Below the pieces are notes generated by a model, which saw only the letters and a list, made by a program, of their open reading frames with translations, was not told the DNA's origin and did not search any database. Positions 29,204 through 39,190 of a stretch of 59,965 nucleotides of DNA are shown piece by piece. This DNA comes from Flavobacteriaceae bacterium. GTDB lineage: Bacteria > Bacteroidota > Bacteroidia > Flavobacteriales > Flavobacteriaceae. Made by a program: the position numbers and the translations under genes. Position 1 is the first letter of the stretch, and each line of letters opens with the position of its first letter. The stretch spans positions 1 to 59,965 of the forward strand of contig JAWUYQ010000068.1 in NCBI GenBank assembly GCA_034110725.1. Reading direction: 5' to 3'.

Positions 29204-30169
29204 TTATGCTAAAGATACTCTTTCAAAACCAGTAACAGAAACATCACCATATGTTTTCACATATTCAGCAACATTTTGTTTAGCTTCTTTAATAAATTCT
29301 TGATCTAATAAACATTGCTCTTGGTCAAGAGTAGTGTTGTCAGAGATGAAACGTTCCATTTTTCCTGGAAGAATCTTGTCCCATATTTTTTCAGGTTTCC
29401 CTTCAGCAGCTAATTGAGCTTTTGCATCAGCTTCTGCTTTAGCAATAACATCTGCATTTAATTGAGCCATAGAAATAAATTGAGGTACGTTTTTAAGTGT
29501 TTTACCTAAACGTCCTAATTCAATATTCTCTTTTTCAATAACTGCAATTCTAGCTTCAGTTTCTGATGCTACAAATTCAGGGGTAAAATCTTTGTAAGAT
29601 AAAGTACTTGCTCCCATTGCGGCAGCTTGCATAGCTAAATCTTTACCTAGTACAGCAGCATTATCTACAGCAGCAGATAGTCCTACGATAGAAGCAATTT
29701 TGTTCCCTACGTGAATGTATGATCCAACGAAAGGTGCGCTTAATTTCTTAAATCCACCGATTTCAATTTTCTCACCAATTACACCAGTTTGTTCAATTAA
29801 TTTTTCAGCAACTGTAAGACCATTATAGTCAGCAGCTAAAAACGCTTCTTTTGTGTCATAATTCAATGCTAATGTAGCAAAGTCTTTCGCTAATTTTACG
29901 AAATCATCATTCATCGCAACGAAGTCAGTTTCGCAATTTAAACAAACAACTGCACCAGCAGTTGCATCGTCATTAACTACAGCAATAACAGCTCCTTCAG
30001 AAGAATCTCTGTCAGCTCTTTTTGCAGCAACTTTTTGACCTTTTTTACGCAATATATCTAATGCTTTGTCGAAATCCCCTTCAGCTTCAACTAATGATTT
30101 TTTACAATCCATCATTCCAGCACCAGTAGCATCTCTTAATTTTTTTACGTCAGCAGCAGTAATTTTCAT
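29204..30169 (-). CDS. tsf: elongation factor Ts
   Basis: N-terminal UBA-like motif (VKKLRDATGAGMMDCKKSL) and EF-Ts dimerisation domains. Confidence 0.95.
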   Translation of the reverse strand: MKITAADVKKLRDATGAGMMDCKKSLVEAEGDFDKALDILRKKGQKVAAKRADRDSSEGAVIAVVNDDATAGAVVCLNCETDFVAMNDDFVKLAKDFATLALNYDTKEAFLAADYNGLTVAEKLIEQTGVIGEKIEIGGFKKLSAPFVGSYIHVGNKIASIVGLSAAVDNAAVLGKDLAMQAAAMGASTLSYKDFTPEFVASETEARIAVIEKENIELGRLGKTLKNVPQFISMAQLNADVIAKAEADAKAQLAAEGKPEKIWDKILPGKMERFISDNTTLDQEQCLLDQEFIKEAKQNVAEYVKTYGDVSVTGFERVSLA

Positions 30170-30191
30170 CGTGTATGTGTTTAAAATTAAA

Positions 30192-30222
30192 TAGCCTGAC
30201 TTTTGGTATAAAGTCAGGCTAC
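30192..30222 (-). terminator. hairpin or attenuator between rpsB and tsf
   Basis: 11-bp stem 30192-30202/30211-30221, followed on the minus strand by T-rich sequence. Confidence 0.55.
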
Positions 30223-30237
30223 TTTAAATACTAATTA

Positions 30238-31059
30238 TTATTTTTCTTCTGTTGGAGCTTCTGTATTTGCTTCAGGTGCAACAACTTCAGGAGTTTTAAC
30301 TTCAGCCTTTGGAGCTTCAGCTTTTTCAACTTCTTTTGTGTCTTCAGCTTTTTTAGAATCTTTCTCAGCTTTTCTGTCTAATAATCCAGCAGCAACAGAT
30401 TCAGTAACGTGACTTAAAATTTTGCTTATTGATTTAGATGCATCATCGTTTGCTGGTATTACAAAATCAACCTCTCTTGGGTCAGAGTTTGTATCAACCA
30501 TTGCAAAGATTGGAATGTTTAATTTCTGTGCTTCTTTAATAGCGATGTGCTCTCTTTTAATATCAACAACAAAAAGTGCTCCAGGTAGACGAGTCATATC
30601 AGAAATAGAACCTAAATTCTTTTCTAATTTAGCTCTTAAACGATCAACCTGTAAACGTTCTTTTTTAGATAAAGTCATGAAAGTACCGTCTTTCTTCATT
30701 CTATCAATAGTAGCCATTTTTTTAACAGCTTTACGAATAGTAACAAAGTTAGTAAGCATTCCACCAGGCCATCTTTCTGTAATATAAGGCATATTTACAG
30801 CACCTGCTTTTTCAGCTACGATATCTATCGCTTGTTTTTTGGTAGCAACGAATAAAATTTTTCTACCAGAAGCTGCAATTTTCTTTAAAGCATTTCCAGC
30901 TTCTTCGATTTTTGCAGCAGTTTTGTATAAGTTAATAATGTGAATTCCATTACGCTCCATATAAATATATGGTGCCATGTTTGGATCCCATTTACGAGTC
31001 ATGTGTCCGAAATGAACACCTGCCTCAAGTAAGTCCTTTACTTCTATGTTATTTGCCAT
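30238..31059 (-). CDS. rpsB: 30S ribosomal protein S2
   Basis: Canonical S2 sequence (LLEAGVHFGH...) with a Lys/Glu/Ala/Pro-rich C-terminal tail. Confidence 0.95.
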   Translation of the reverse strand: MANNIEVKDLLEAGVHFGHMTRKWDPNMAPYIYMERNGIHIINLYKTAAKIEEAGNALKKIAASGRKILFVATKKQAIDIVAEKAGAVNMPYITERWPGGMLTNFVTIRKAVKKMATIDRMKKDGTFMTLSKKERLQVDRLRAKLEKNLGSISDMTRLPGALFVVDIKREHIAIKEAQKLNIPIFAMVDTNSDPREVDFVIPANDDASKSISKILSHVTESVAAGLLDRKAEKDSKKAEDTKEVEKAEAPKAEVKTPEVVAPEANTEAPTEEK

Positions 31060-31204
31060 TTTTGTAATAGTTTACGTTCTTCGTTGTAGTAGCAATAATT
31101 ACACGTAATCATTTAGATGCTAAACTAACCCTTTGGGATTTCCCCAAAGCAACGACAACAAGTTTTTAAATTTTGATAATACTGAATAAATCCAGTACGA
31201 AATA

Positions 31205-31591
31205 TTAACGTTTCGAGAATTGGAACTTCTTACGTGCCTTCTTCTGACCGAATTTCTTACGTTCAACCATTCTTGGATCTCTAGTTAATAAACCTTCTGG
31301 CTTCAAGATTCCTCTGTTTTCGTCGTTCAACTCACACATTGCGCGAGAGATTGCTAAACGAATAGCTTCAGCTTGACCAGTGATACCACCACCGTAAACA
31401 TTTACTTTTACATCAAAGTTTTCCAAGTTCTCTGTTAACATTAGAGGTTGTTTAACTTTGTACTGTAAAGTTCCTGTAGGGAAGTAAGTACTCATTTCTT
31501 TTTTATTTACTGTAATTTTACCGCTTCCATCAGAAAGGTAAATTCTAGCTACAGCAGTTTTTCTACGTCCGATTTTGTGTATAATTTCCAT
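31205..31591 (-). CDS. rpsI: 30S ribosomal protein S9
   Basis: Canonical S9 with the C-terminal ...KKARKKFQFSKR. Its start overlaps the rplM stop by 1 nt (TAATG). Confidence 0.95.
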   Translation of the reverse strand: MEIIHKIGRRKTAVARIYLSDGSGKITVNKKEMSTYFPTGTLQYKVKQPLMLTENLENFDVKVNVYGGGITGQAEAIRLAISRAMCELNDENRGILKPEGLLTRDPRMVERKKFGQKKARKKFQFSKR

Positions 31592-32046
31592 TATAAGTAA
31601 TCGTTTAGGTTAATAGTCTTTGGTTTTTGAGCTTCTTGATTGTGCTCAGAACCTACATAGACTTTTAAGTTACGGAATAACGCGCTTCCTAATTTGTTCT
31701 TAGGTAACATTCGTTTTACTGATTTTTCCACTAAACGAGCAGGGTCTTTCCCAAACAACTCAGTAGCAGTTAATGATTTTTGACCTCCAGGGTAACCTGT
31801 GTGACGGATGTAACTTTTTTCCGTCCATTTTTTACCTGTTAAGATGATTTTTTCTGCGTTGATAACAATTACGTTATCTCCACAATCAACATGAGGTGTG
31901 TAGTTAGGTTTTAGTTTTCCTCTGATAAGTTTTGCAACTATCGAAGACATTCTACCTAACGTCTGACCTTCAGCATCAACTAATACCCATTCCTTATTCA
32001 CGGTATTTTTGTTGGCTGAAATAGTTTTGTAGCTTAATGTATCCAC
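31591..32046 (-). CDS. rplM: 50S ribosomal protein L13
   Basis: Canonical L13 (W.LVDAEGQ.LGR.....A..LRGK). Confidence 0.95.
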   Translation of the reverse strand: MDTLSYKTISANKNTVNKEWVLVDAEGQTLGRMSSIVAKLIRGKLKPNYTPHVDCGDNVIVINAEKIILTGKKWTEKSYIRHTGYPGGQKSLTATELFGKDPARLVEKSVKRMLPKNKLGSALFRNLKVYVGSEHNQEAQKPKTINLNDYL

Positions 32047-32094
32047 ACTAATTCTTTTTAATTATTAAACATTCCTTACTCTCGAAAGAGTTTG

Positions 32095-32102
32095 CAAAAG
32101 TA
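32095..32102 (-). promoter_or_regulatory. candidate Bacteroidota -7 box (TACTTTTG) for rplM-rpsI
   Basis: The minus strand reads TACTTTTG, a perfect TAnnTTTG match, about 50 nt upstream of the rplM ATG. Confidence 0.35.
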
Positions 32103-32187
32103 CAATTAATAATTTGGTTAACAAAACTCTTTGAAAATGAATTTATTAAAAGTAAGAATGGTTACAAATGTAAGTTGGATTTAACAA

Positions 32188-32220
32188 TAAAAAAAAGGAA
32201 CATCATTAGTGATGTTCCTT
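32188..32220 (-). terminator. rho-independent terminator after the PiT gene
   Basis: 9-bp stem 32196-32204/32209-32217 (GGAACATCA/TGATGTTCC), followed on the minus strand by T8. Confidence 0.75.
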
Positions 32221-32250
32221 TTAATACTTAATTTAAATATTTTGTCTAAT

Positions 32251-34509
32251 CTATTGCTCTTTATAGGCTTCCAATAAACTCATGGTTGCTTTAATTAAAT
32301 CTTTAGTTTCTAATAATAAACTAAAATATAATGTAGTGTTTTTCGGACTATCATCTTCTGTTCTTGTTCTTGCAACTTGCTTCTTTATACGTTCATTAAC
32401 GGTATCAAGCAATTGTTGTTTTTCGTCAAGGATAGTGTTGATGTTGTCAAAGTTACGTTCAGAGAAAGTGCTTTTAATTTTACCGAACAATGTTTTTAAT
32501 TGTTGTTCAGTTTCTTTTAAGTCTTTAATTTGGTTAAAACGCAATTTTAAGTGATTGTTATTAACGTGCTTATGGCTTGCTTTAGATATGTATTCTAAAG
32601 ATTGTGACATATCTTGTAAGTATCCTAATACATTAATATAGAAATCACTTGCTCCAATACTTGACTCGTCTAAGTTCTTGATGAAATAAAAGATGTTATC
32701 TTTTAAATCTTCAACTTCGTCATTTAGTTTTCGGACTCCTTTTTTACTCTTTTTAAGTCCTTCTAAATCTTGCTTTGCTAAACTGTCAATAGTATTGGTG
32801 TAAATTTTAGATGTTCTACTTACAACTGCTCTAATGTTGTCAGCACTTTCTTCAACAACTCCTTGTATAGAACTACTTTCAGCTTTATTAATAGTGTCTT
32901 CTTCTTTTCCTGCTCTTGCTTTTCTGCGATGAGCCAGCATGTTTTTAACTAATAATGCGGCAGTAACTAATAATAATACCGGAACCATTACTTTTACATT
33001 CCATGAAATTAAGAAAGCTACAACGGCTGCGGCACAAAAGGCACTAAAAGCAGTTAAGAACCATCCTCCAATTACATTTAAAACTCCAGCAACACGATAT
33101 ACTGCGCTTTCCGCTCCCCATGCTCTATCTGCTAAAGAGGTACCCATTGCAACCATAAAAGTTACATATGTTGTAGATAAAGGTAATTTATAAGAAGTTG
33201 CGATTGATATTAATATACCAGCAACCATTAGGTTAACTGATGCTCTAACCATGTCAAAAGCTGGTAATTCATAAGTCTTGTCCTTAGAAAGTTCAATGAC
33301 TGGTTTTTCAAATTGAGTATCTATTGTTTTAGATAATGTATTTGGTATAATAGACGTAAACGTTCTTGATATAAATATAGCACTTCTTACAACTCCTCTA
33401 GATACAAAATTAGGTTTGAAACGTTCTTTTGTTTCTCCTTGGCTAGATAAATTTAATGATGTTTTTAAAACCTCTTTCGATTTTGAAGACAACCATAATG
33501 TGGCTACCATAACTGCACTTGCTAAAAATAACCAAAGCGTTGGTGTAGGTACTTTTTTACCTAAAGCATCCATCGCAAATTCACTTGCTGGTATTCCTGA
33601 TCCACTCCAAGCTTCAAAAGATTGCCATCCTGCAATTGGAACACCAATAAAGTTTACTAAGTCATTTCCTGCAAAAGCTAAGGCCAACGAAAAAGTTCCG
33701 ATAATAATAATTAATTTATAAATGTTTTGATTGAAAAACTTCATAAAAACATAAGAGAATCCAGTCCAGAAGACAAAAAAGGCTGCAACTAATTCTATTA
33801 CATAGCTCTCTAAGAATTTTTTAATAGTTAATCCATTAGTAAACTCAAAACTTTGTTTAGCAATATCAGCTCCTTTAATCCCTTTCATTAAAATGAAATA
33901 GACTAATGCAGTTAATGCTATACCTCCAAATAAAGCGCCTACCCAAGTTGCCTTCTTCTCAAAATGAAAAGATAATAATATTCTTGAGATATATTGTACC
34001 AGCGCACCGACAGAAAATGCGACGACAACGGAGAGTAATATACCCCCTATAATTTGTTTTGCTTTTGCAGTGTTAATATAGTTAAATAAGTCTGAGTAAG
34101 TTTGTGAGTCGTCACCACTTATTTTTATTAAAGCGATACATACTGCGGCTCCTAATAAATTAAATACGATAGATACAGTAGTGGATGTAGGCATCCCTAA
34201 TGTATTAAACATGTCAAGAAGGAGTATGTCGGTTATCATAACCGCCATAAAAATAATCATGATCTCATCAAACATGAAGTTTCCTGGAACGAAAATCCCT
34301 TTCCTGGCAACTTCCATCATTCCGCTTGAAAACAATGCACCACAAGCAATACCAATACTGGCAACAATCATGATGGTTTTAAATGAAACTGCTTTAGATC
34401 CTATAGCAGAATTTAAAAAATTTACGGCGTCATTACTGACTCCTACAACTAAATCGATTACCGCTAATACACCTAGCGCAATAACCATTAAAAGATAAAT
34501 ATTATCCAT
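32251..34509 (-). CDS. PiT-family inorganic phosphate transporter fused to a C-terminal PhoU-like cytoplasmic domain
   Basis: N-terminal ~520 aa: PHO4/PiT repeats (GVSNDAVNFL... and GNDLVNFIGVPIAG...). C-terminal ~230 aa (about 32251-32946): a helical, charged domain of the type found on Na/Pi cotransporter tails. Confidence 0.8.
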   Translation of the reverse strand: MDNIYLLMVIALGVLAVIDLVVGVSNDAVNFLNSAIGSKAVSFKTIMIVASIGIACGALFSSGMMEVARKGIFVPGNFMFDEIMIIFMAVMITDILLLDMFNTLGMPTSTTVSIVFNLLGAAVCIALIKISGDDSQTYSDLFNYINTAKAKQIIGGILLSVVVAFSVGALVQYISRILLSFHFEKKATWVGALFGGIALTALVYFILMKGIKGADIAKQSFEFTNGLTIKKFLESYVIELVAAFFVFWTGFSYVFMKFFNQNIYKLIIIIGTFSLALAFAGNDLVNFIGVPIAGWQSFEAWSGSGIPASEFAMDALGKKVPTPTLWLFLASAVMVATLWLSSKSKEVLKTSLNLSSQGETKERFKPNFVSRGVVRSAIFISRTFTSIIPNTLSKTIDTQFEKPVIELSKDKTYELPAFDMVRASVNLMVAGILISIATSYKLPLSTTYVTFMVAMGTSLADRAWGAESAVYRVAGVLNVIGGWFLTAFSAFCAAAVVAFLISWNVKVMVPVLLLVTAALLVKNMLAHRRKARAGKEEDTINKAESSSIQGVVEESADNIRAVVSRTSKIYTNTIDSLAKQDLEGLKKSKKGVRKLNDEVEDLKDNIFYFIKNLDESSIGASDFYINVLGYLQDMSQSLEYISKASHKHVNNNHLKLRFNQIKDLKETEQQLKTLFGKIKSTFSERNFDNINTILDEKQQLLDTVNERIKKQVARTRTEDDSPKNTTLYFSLLLETKDLIKATMSLLEAYKEQ

Positions 34510-34553
34510 AATTAAAACTTTATTTTATTGAAAGTAACGGTGCAAACCTACTT

Positions 34554-34588
34554 CAAATAAAAATTTCTAATGTTACGGGAATGTTATC
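34554..34588 (-). promoter_or_regulatory. candidate Pho-box promoter of the PiT gene
   Basis: The minus strand reads GATAACATTCC-CGTAACATTAG, then 8 nt, then TTATTTG. The TAACATT cores are 11 bp apart. The geometry is identical to the porin promoter at 40464-40499. Confidence 0.4.
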
Positions 34589-34699
34589 AATTAGTAAAAA
34601 TAAAAACACCACAAATCATACTTTATTGAAAAACAAAGTATTGATTGTGGTAGATCTTATTGTTTATCGCTTATAAGCGATAAAAGTTATTTTAGTGAA

Positions 34700-35362
34700 T
34701 TATTTTTTCTTTTTGTGTTTTAAAACCTCTGCGTCAATGTAAAAAATGATTTCTTCAGCAATATTTTTGATTAGATCGCCAACTCGTTCCATTTTTTTAA
34801 TAACAGAAAAAAGTAATAATGCTTCTGATATGATGTTATTATCTTTTTTAATTTCAACCTCAAGAATAGCAAAAGAATCAATATTTATTTTGTCTAATAC
34901 TTTGTCTTTTTTAAAGACCTTTCTTGCTGATTTCACATCTTTATTCTCATATGCCTCAGTTATATTATCAAGCATTTTGACAATTGTGTCATACATTGTT
35001 TGAAATTGTAAAGCTTCAAATAAATGAGGTGGTATTTTTTCATCTACTTCAACTACATATTTAGAAATACTGTATGCGTGATCAGCGATACGCTCTAAAT
35101 CAAAATTGATTTTACGGATAGCCATAATAAATCGCAAATCAATAGCTACCGGGTTATAAAGAGCTAAAAATTTTTCACAACTTTTTTCTATACGTAAATC
35201 CAATGCGTTTACACGTATTTCGTTTAAGATTACTTCTTCTGCTAAATCACTATCATGATTTAAGAAGGCGTCTTTTGCTTTTTCTAATTGAGAAGTACAA
35301 ATTGCTAGCATTTCTGCCCCTGATTCGTTTAATAAATCTCTTTGATATTGTGCGTTTGCCAT
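34700..35362 (-). CDS. phoU: phosphate signalling complex protein PhoU
   Basis: 220 aa with two PhoU repeats (E..ID / RIADHA and RVGDLIKNIAE), immediately after pstB. Confidence 0.9.
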   Translation of the reverse strand: MANAQYQRDLLNESGAEMLAICTSQLEKAKDAFLNHDSDLAEEVILNEIRVNALDLRIEKSCEKFLALYNPVAIDLRFIMAIRKINFDLERIADHAYSISKYVVEVDEKIPPHLFEALQFQTMYDTIVKMLDNITEAYENKDVKSARKVFKKDKVLDKINIDSFAILEVEIKKDNNIISEALLLFSVIKKMERVGDLIKNIAEEIIFYIDAEVLKHKKKK

Positions 35363-35388
35363 AATGTTTTTGTTAAAAGAATGATGTA

Positions 35389-36201
35389 CTACCCAAAACG
35401 ACCAGTGATGTAGTTTTCGGTTTGTTGTTTTTCGGGATTTGTAAAAATGGTTTTTGTTTTTCCGTATTCTATCAATTCTCCTAAATAGAAAAATGCGGTA
35501 TAATCACTAATTCTACTTGCTTGTTGCATATTGTGTGTTACAATAACAATGGTATACTTTTCTTTTAGTTTAAAAATTAATTCTTCCACTTTTGCAGTAG
35601 ATATTGGGTCTAATGCAGAAGTTGGTTCATCCATTAAAATAATAGAAGGTTGTACTGCTAAAGTGCGCGCTATGCATAAACGTTGCTGCTGACCACCTGA
35701 TAAAGCCATTGCAGATTTTTTTAAATCATCTTTTACTTCGTCCCAAAGGGCAACTTGTTTTAAACAATCTATAACACGTTCTTCAATTAATTCTTTATCA
35801 GTTATTCCTTGAAGTTTTAATCCATAAGCAACATTATCAAAAATTGATTTAGGAAATGGATTTGGCTTTTGAAAAACCATTCCAATTTCCTTACGTAATT
35901 CTTCTACGTTTATCTTTTTCTTGTAGATATTGTCTCCGTTAACTTTTATTTTCCCTTCCATTCTAAACCCTTCAACATAGTCATTCATTCTGTTGAATAA
36001 ACGTAAAAAGGTTGACTTTCCACAACCAGAAGGACCTATGAAAGCTGTAACAGTGTTTGGTTTAATGTCCATGTCAATACCTTTTATAGCATTGAAATCA
36101 TCATACCAAACTTTTACATCTTTTACCTCTATTTTTGGCTTCTTTTTTAAAGAAGGGTCTACTATTTTATCTAGCGGAATTTGTTCTATAACTGTTTCCA
36201 T
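35389..36201 (-). CDS. pstB: phosphate ABC transporter ATP-binding protein
   Basis: Walker [10 protein letters not shown], signature LSGGQQQRL, Walker [12 protein letters not shown], and the PstB-typical C-terminus (..YITGRFG). Confidence 0.95.
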   Translation of the reverse strand: METVIEQIPLDKIVDPSLKKKPKIEVKDVKVWYDDFNAIKGIDMDIKPNTVTAFIGPSGCGKSTFLRLFNRMNDYVEGFRMEGKIKVNGDNIYKKKINVEELRKEIGMVFQKPNPFPKSIFDNVAYGLKLQGITDKELIEERVIDCLKQVALWDEVKDDLKKSAMALSGGQQQRLCIARTLAVQPSIILMDEPTSALDPISTAKVEELIFKLKEKYTIVIVTHNMQQASRISDYTAFFYLGELIEYGKTKTIFTNPEKQQTENYITGRFG

Positions 36202-36204
36202 AAT

Positions 36205-37059
36205 TTATTTTAATTTCTTTTGCCACTTATTTCTAAAGTAAACGGCTACACCATTCATAATGAAGGTAATTAATAATAGGATGATGATTGCGGCTGCGGC
36301 ATTTTCTATAAATCCATGTTGTGGTCTAGATATCCAGTTGAATATTTGTATCGGTAATACAGAAAATTCATCCATTGGACTTTCTGGAGCAAACGGTACG
36401 TAAGCCAATGCTCCTACAACAATTAATGGAGCTGTTTCACCTACCGCTCTTGATAATGCTAAAATAACACCAGTTAAAATACCACCTGATGATGCTGGTA
36501 AAACCTGATTCCATATCGTTTGCCATTTCGAGGCTCCTAATGCATAAGATGCATCTTTAATAGATTTTGGAACCGCTTTTATGGCTTCACGAGTTGCTAC
36601 TATTATAATAGGAAGAATTAAAAGAGACAAGGTTAAACTTCCAGCTAAAACACTAGCGCCAAGTCCCATAATTCTCACAAAAACTTCTAGCCCTAATAAT
36701 CCGTATATAATAGATGGTACTCCAGCAAGGTTAGAAATATTGATTTCTAGTATAGCAGAAAATTTATTCTTTTTCCCGTATTCTTCTAAATACACTCCAG
36801 CTGCAACTCCAATAGGGAATGCAATTACTGTTGTTAGTAATAAAATCCAAATACTTCCCATTAAAGCAGTGTAAATCCCTGCTTTTTCTGCTTTTCTTGA
36901 TGGTAAATCAATGATAAAAGCCCAATCAATTCTCATGATCCCATCAATTAGGATGTCGCCAATAAAAACAGCTAATAAAATTAATCCAAATAGCGTACAT
37001 CCAATACCCCAAATTTTAAAGGCTTGATCGTAAATTCTATTTTTTTGTATACTATTCAT
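36205..37059 (-). CDS. pstA: phosphate ABC transporter permease PstA
   Basis: 6-TM BPD-type permease with an EAA loop (ASYALGASKWQT). It is the second permease in the pst order and overlaps pstC by 8 nt. Confidence 0.9.
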   Translation of the reverse strand: MNSIQKNRIYDQAFKIWGIGCTLFGLILLAVFIGDILIDGIMRIDWAFIIDLPSRKAEKAGIYTALMGSIWILLLTTVIAFPIGVAAGVYLEEYGKKNKFSAILEINISNLAGVPSIIYGLLGLEVFVRIMGLGASVLAGSLTLSLLILPIIIVATREAIKAVPKSIKDASYALGASKWQTIWNQVLPASSGGILTGVILALSRAVGETAPLIVVGALAYVPFAPESPMDEFSVLPIQIFNWISRPQHGFIENAAAAIIILLLITFIMNGVAVYFRNKWQKKLK

Positions 37060-37945
37060 AACGTTCTTGATATTTTTTTCTAATTCTGTAACTTAATGTG
37101 TTTAACAAGAATGTAAATACAAATAAGGTAATTCCAGCTGCGAATATTGTTCTGTACTCTATAGATCCATGCTCTACATCTCCTAAACTAACTTGAACAA
37201 TGTATGCAGTGATTGTTTCGACAGGAACGGTAGGGTCTAAAGTCAATCTTGGTTGTTGACCTGCTGCTATGGCAACAATCATCGTTTCTCCAATTGCTCT
37301 TGATATAGCTAATATAATTGATACTATAATTCCTGAAGATGCTGCAGGTACAACTACTTTAAATGCTGTTTGTAGTTTTGTGGCACCCATACCAAAAGAC
37401 GCTTCTCTTAAAGCATTTGGTACAGCATGTAATGCATCTTCAGAGATTGAAGAAATATAAGGGATAATCATAATTCCCATAACAAAACCTGCTGACAACG
37501 AATTAAAACCTGATAAACCAGGGATGATTTGTTGTAAAAAAGGGGTTACTACTATTAGAGCAAAAAAACCGTAGACTACAGTAGGTACTGCGGCTAATAA
37601 TTCTAATAATGGTTTTACGGTTTTTCTAAAGCTTTTAGGGGCGTATTCACTCAAGTATATACTAATTGATAAGCCAATTGGCAATGCTACTGAAATTGCA
37701 ATAAATGATGTTAGCAATGTCCCTGATAATAGAGGGAGTATTCCGTAATGTTTGTCGACGAACAATGGAGTCCATTGTGTATCTGTTAAAAAATCTACTA
37801 TAGAAACTTCGCTAAAAAAATGAAACGCTTCAATAGCAAGTACCAATACAATCCCAATGGTAATGGCAATAGTAATTAAGGCACTTGATAAAAGTGATTT
37901 TTCAATTACAAGTTCTTTTATTTTTCGCATGTTAATTGTAAACAA
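37052..37945 (-). CDS. pstC: phosphate ABC transporter permease PstC
   Basis: 6-TM permease with an EAA loop (ASFGMGATKLQT). It is the first permease after pstS. Confidence 0.9.
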   Translation of the reverse strand: MFTINMRKIKELVIEKSLLSSALITIAITIGIVLVLAIEAFHFFSEVSIVDFLTDTQWTPLFVDKHYGILPLLSGTLLTSFIAISVALPIGLSISIYLSEYAPKSFRKTVKPLLELLAAVPTVVYGFFALIVVTPFLQQIIPGLSGFNSLSAGFVMGIMIIPYISSISEDALHAVPNALREASFGMGATKLQTAFKVVVPAASSGIIVSIILAISRAIGETMIVAIAAGQQPRLTLDPTVPVETITAYIVQVSLGDVEHGSIEYRTIFAAGITLFVFTFLLNTLSYRIRKKYQERYE

Positions 37946-37996
37946 GGAAATCAGGCAACTATTTTAGTTACCTGATTGTCCAGATTAAACTTCTGC

Positions 37997-38953
37997 TTAT
38001 TTGTTACTTTCAACAAAAGTTTTAAAACTTTCTTTTTGAGCTGCGTATTTATCTGCTGGTAAAGGAATATATCCAACATCCTTAGATAATTCTCCTGCGT
38101 TATCTATGTAGAAATTTACAAAATCAACTACTTCAGGAGATTTTACAGAAGTACTGTTTACGTATACAAATAATGGTCTTGATAAAGGGGTATAAGTTCC
38201 ATTCTTAACAGTTTCTAAAGATGGCTTTACTACTTCTGTTCCGTTATGTACTCCGATTAAAGATAATTTGTCTTTATTTTCAGCATAGTATGCTAATCCG
38301 AAGAAACCTAAAGCGTATTTGTCTCCTGCAATTCCTTGCACTAATACATGATCATCTTCACTAGCGGTATAATCTCCTCGAGTACCAACTTTTTTACCAC
38401 AAATTGCTTCTGAAAAATAATCATATGTACCAGATGCAGTTCCAGGTCCGAATAAATGAATTTCTTCATTCGGCCATTCTGGACGAATTTGGTTCCATTT
38501 CATGATGGTTCCTTGTGCAGAAGGCTCCCAAATTTTCTTTAATTCTTCCACGGTAAAAGAATCCACCCAGTCGTTAGCAGGGTTGATTGTAACAGCTAAA
38601 CCATCATAAGCAACTTCTAATTCTAAGTACTTAATATTGTTTGCTTCACAAGCTGATTTTTCTTTTGATTTTATTGGACGAGAAGCATTAGATAAGTTTG
38701 TTTCTCCTCTAGAGAATTTTTTAAAACCTCCTCCAGTTCCAGAAACACCAACGGTAACTTTTACTTTAGGCTCAACTGTTCTAAATTCTTCAGCTACAGC
38801 TTCAGTAATTGGAAAAACTGTACTTGAGCCATCTACTTTGATAGTTCCTGATAATTCAGTTTTAGAGTCGTTTAAAGCTGTTTTAACTTCTTTCTTTTTA
38901 CCACATGCAACTAATACGATAGCTGCTGTTAACATAATTGCAATTTTTTTCAT
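37997..38953 (-). CDS. pstS: phosphate ABC transporter substrate-binding lipoprotein PstS
   Basis: Lipobox (LVACG). PBP-like fold with GSSTVFPI...SGTGGG..K motifs. Confidence 0.9.
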   Translation of the reverse strand: MKKIAIMLTAAIVLVACGKKKEVKTALNDSKTELSGTIKVDGSSTVFPITEAVAEEFRTVEPKVKVTVGVSGTGGGFKKFSRGETNLSNASRPIKSKEKSACEANNIKYLELEVAYDGLAVTINPANDWVDSFTVEELKKIWEPSAQGTIMKWNQIRPEWPNEEIHLFGPGTASGTYDYFSEAICGKKVGTRGDYTASEDDHVLVQGIAGDKYALGFFGLAYYAENKDKLSLIGVHNGTEVVKPSLETVKNGTYTPLSRPLFVYVNSTSVKSPEVVDFVNFYIDNAGELSKDVGYIPLPADKYAAQKESFKTFVESNK

Positions 38954-38980
38954 CTTTTTGTTTGTGTGTTTTTTGCACTA

Positions 38981-38988
38981 CAAACATA
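38981..38988 (-). promoter_or_regulatory. candidate -7 box (TATGTTTG) of the pstS promoter
   Basis: The minus strand reads TATGTTTGTAGTGCAAAAAA, a perfect TAnnTTTG match, 28 nt upstream of the pstS ATG. The TTTGYAGTGCAAAAAA block recurs at the porin promoter (40452-40467). Confidence 0.45.
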
Positions 38989-39140
38989 CAGTAGAAGGAA
39001 AGCTTAAAAGTTACCCTAAAACCAAGAAAACGTTAAGGAGGTGTTATGAAAATAGGAATGTAGTTAATGTTAATTTAACATTGGGAAGAGGATGTATTGA
39101 ATGAGTTTTTGTTAACTAGTTCACTTGGAAAGTAAGCATA

Positions 39141-39170
39141 AAAAAGAGTCCTAATCAGGACTCCTTTTTA
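39141..39170 (-). terminator. rho-independent terminator after the porin gene
   Basis: 7-bp stem 39146-39152/39157-39163, followed on the minus strand by T5-6. Confidence 0.65.
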
Positions 39171-39190
39171 TTTAATATATTTTGATGTTC

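Noticed and set aside
30238-30340. Lys/Glu/Ala/Pro-rich C-terminal tail of ribosomal protein S2
   Set aside because: Low-complexity C-terminal extensions of S2 are common in several lineages. Nothing here indicates a separate function.
31120-31150. Hairpin CTTTGGG-ATTTC-CCCAAAG between rpsI and rpsB as a terminator or ribosomal-protein leader
   Set aside because: It is a 7-bp stem without a convincing T-run on the minus strand. It could be part of an rpsB leader structure, but I cannot support a specific call without covariation data.
38637-39104. 155-aa + strand ORF overlapping the pstS 5' end and promoter
   Set aside because: It is antisense to pstS and runs through the promoter and Pho-motif region. 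It has no recognisable domain.
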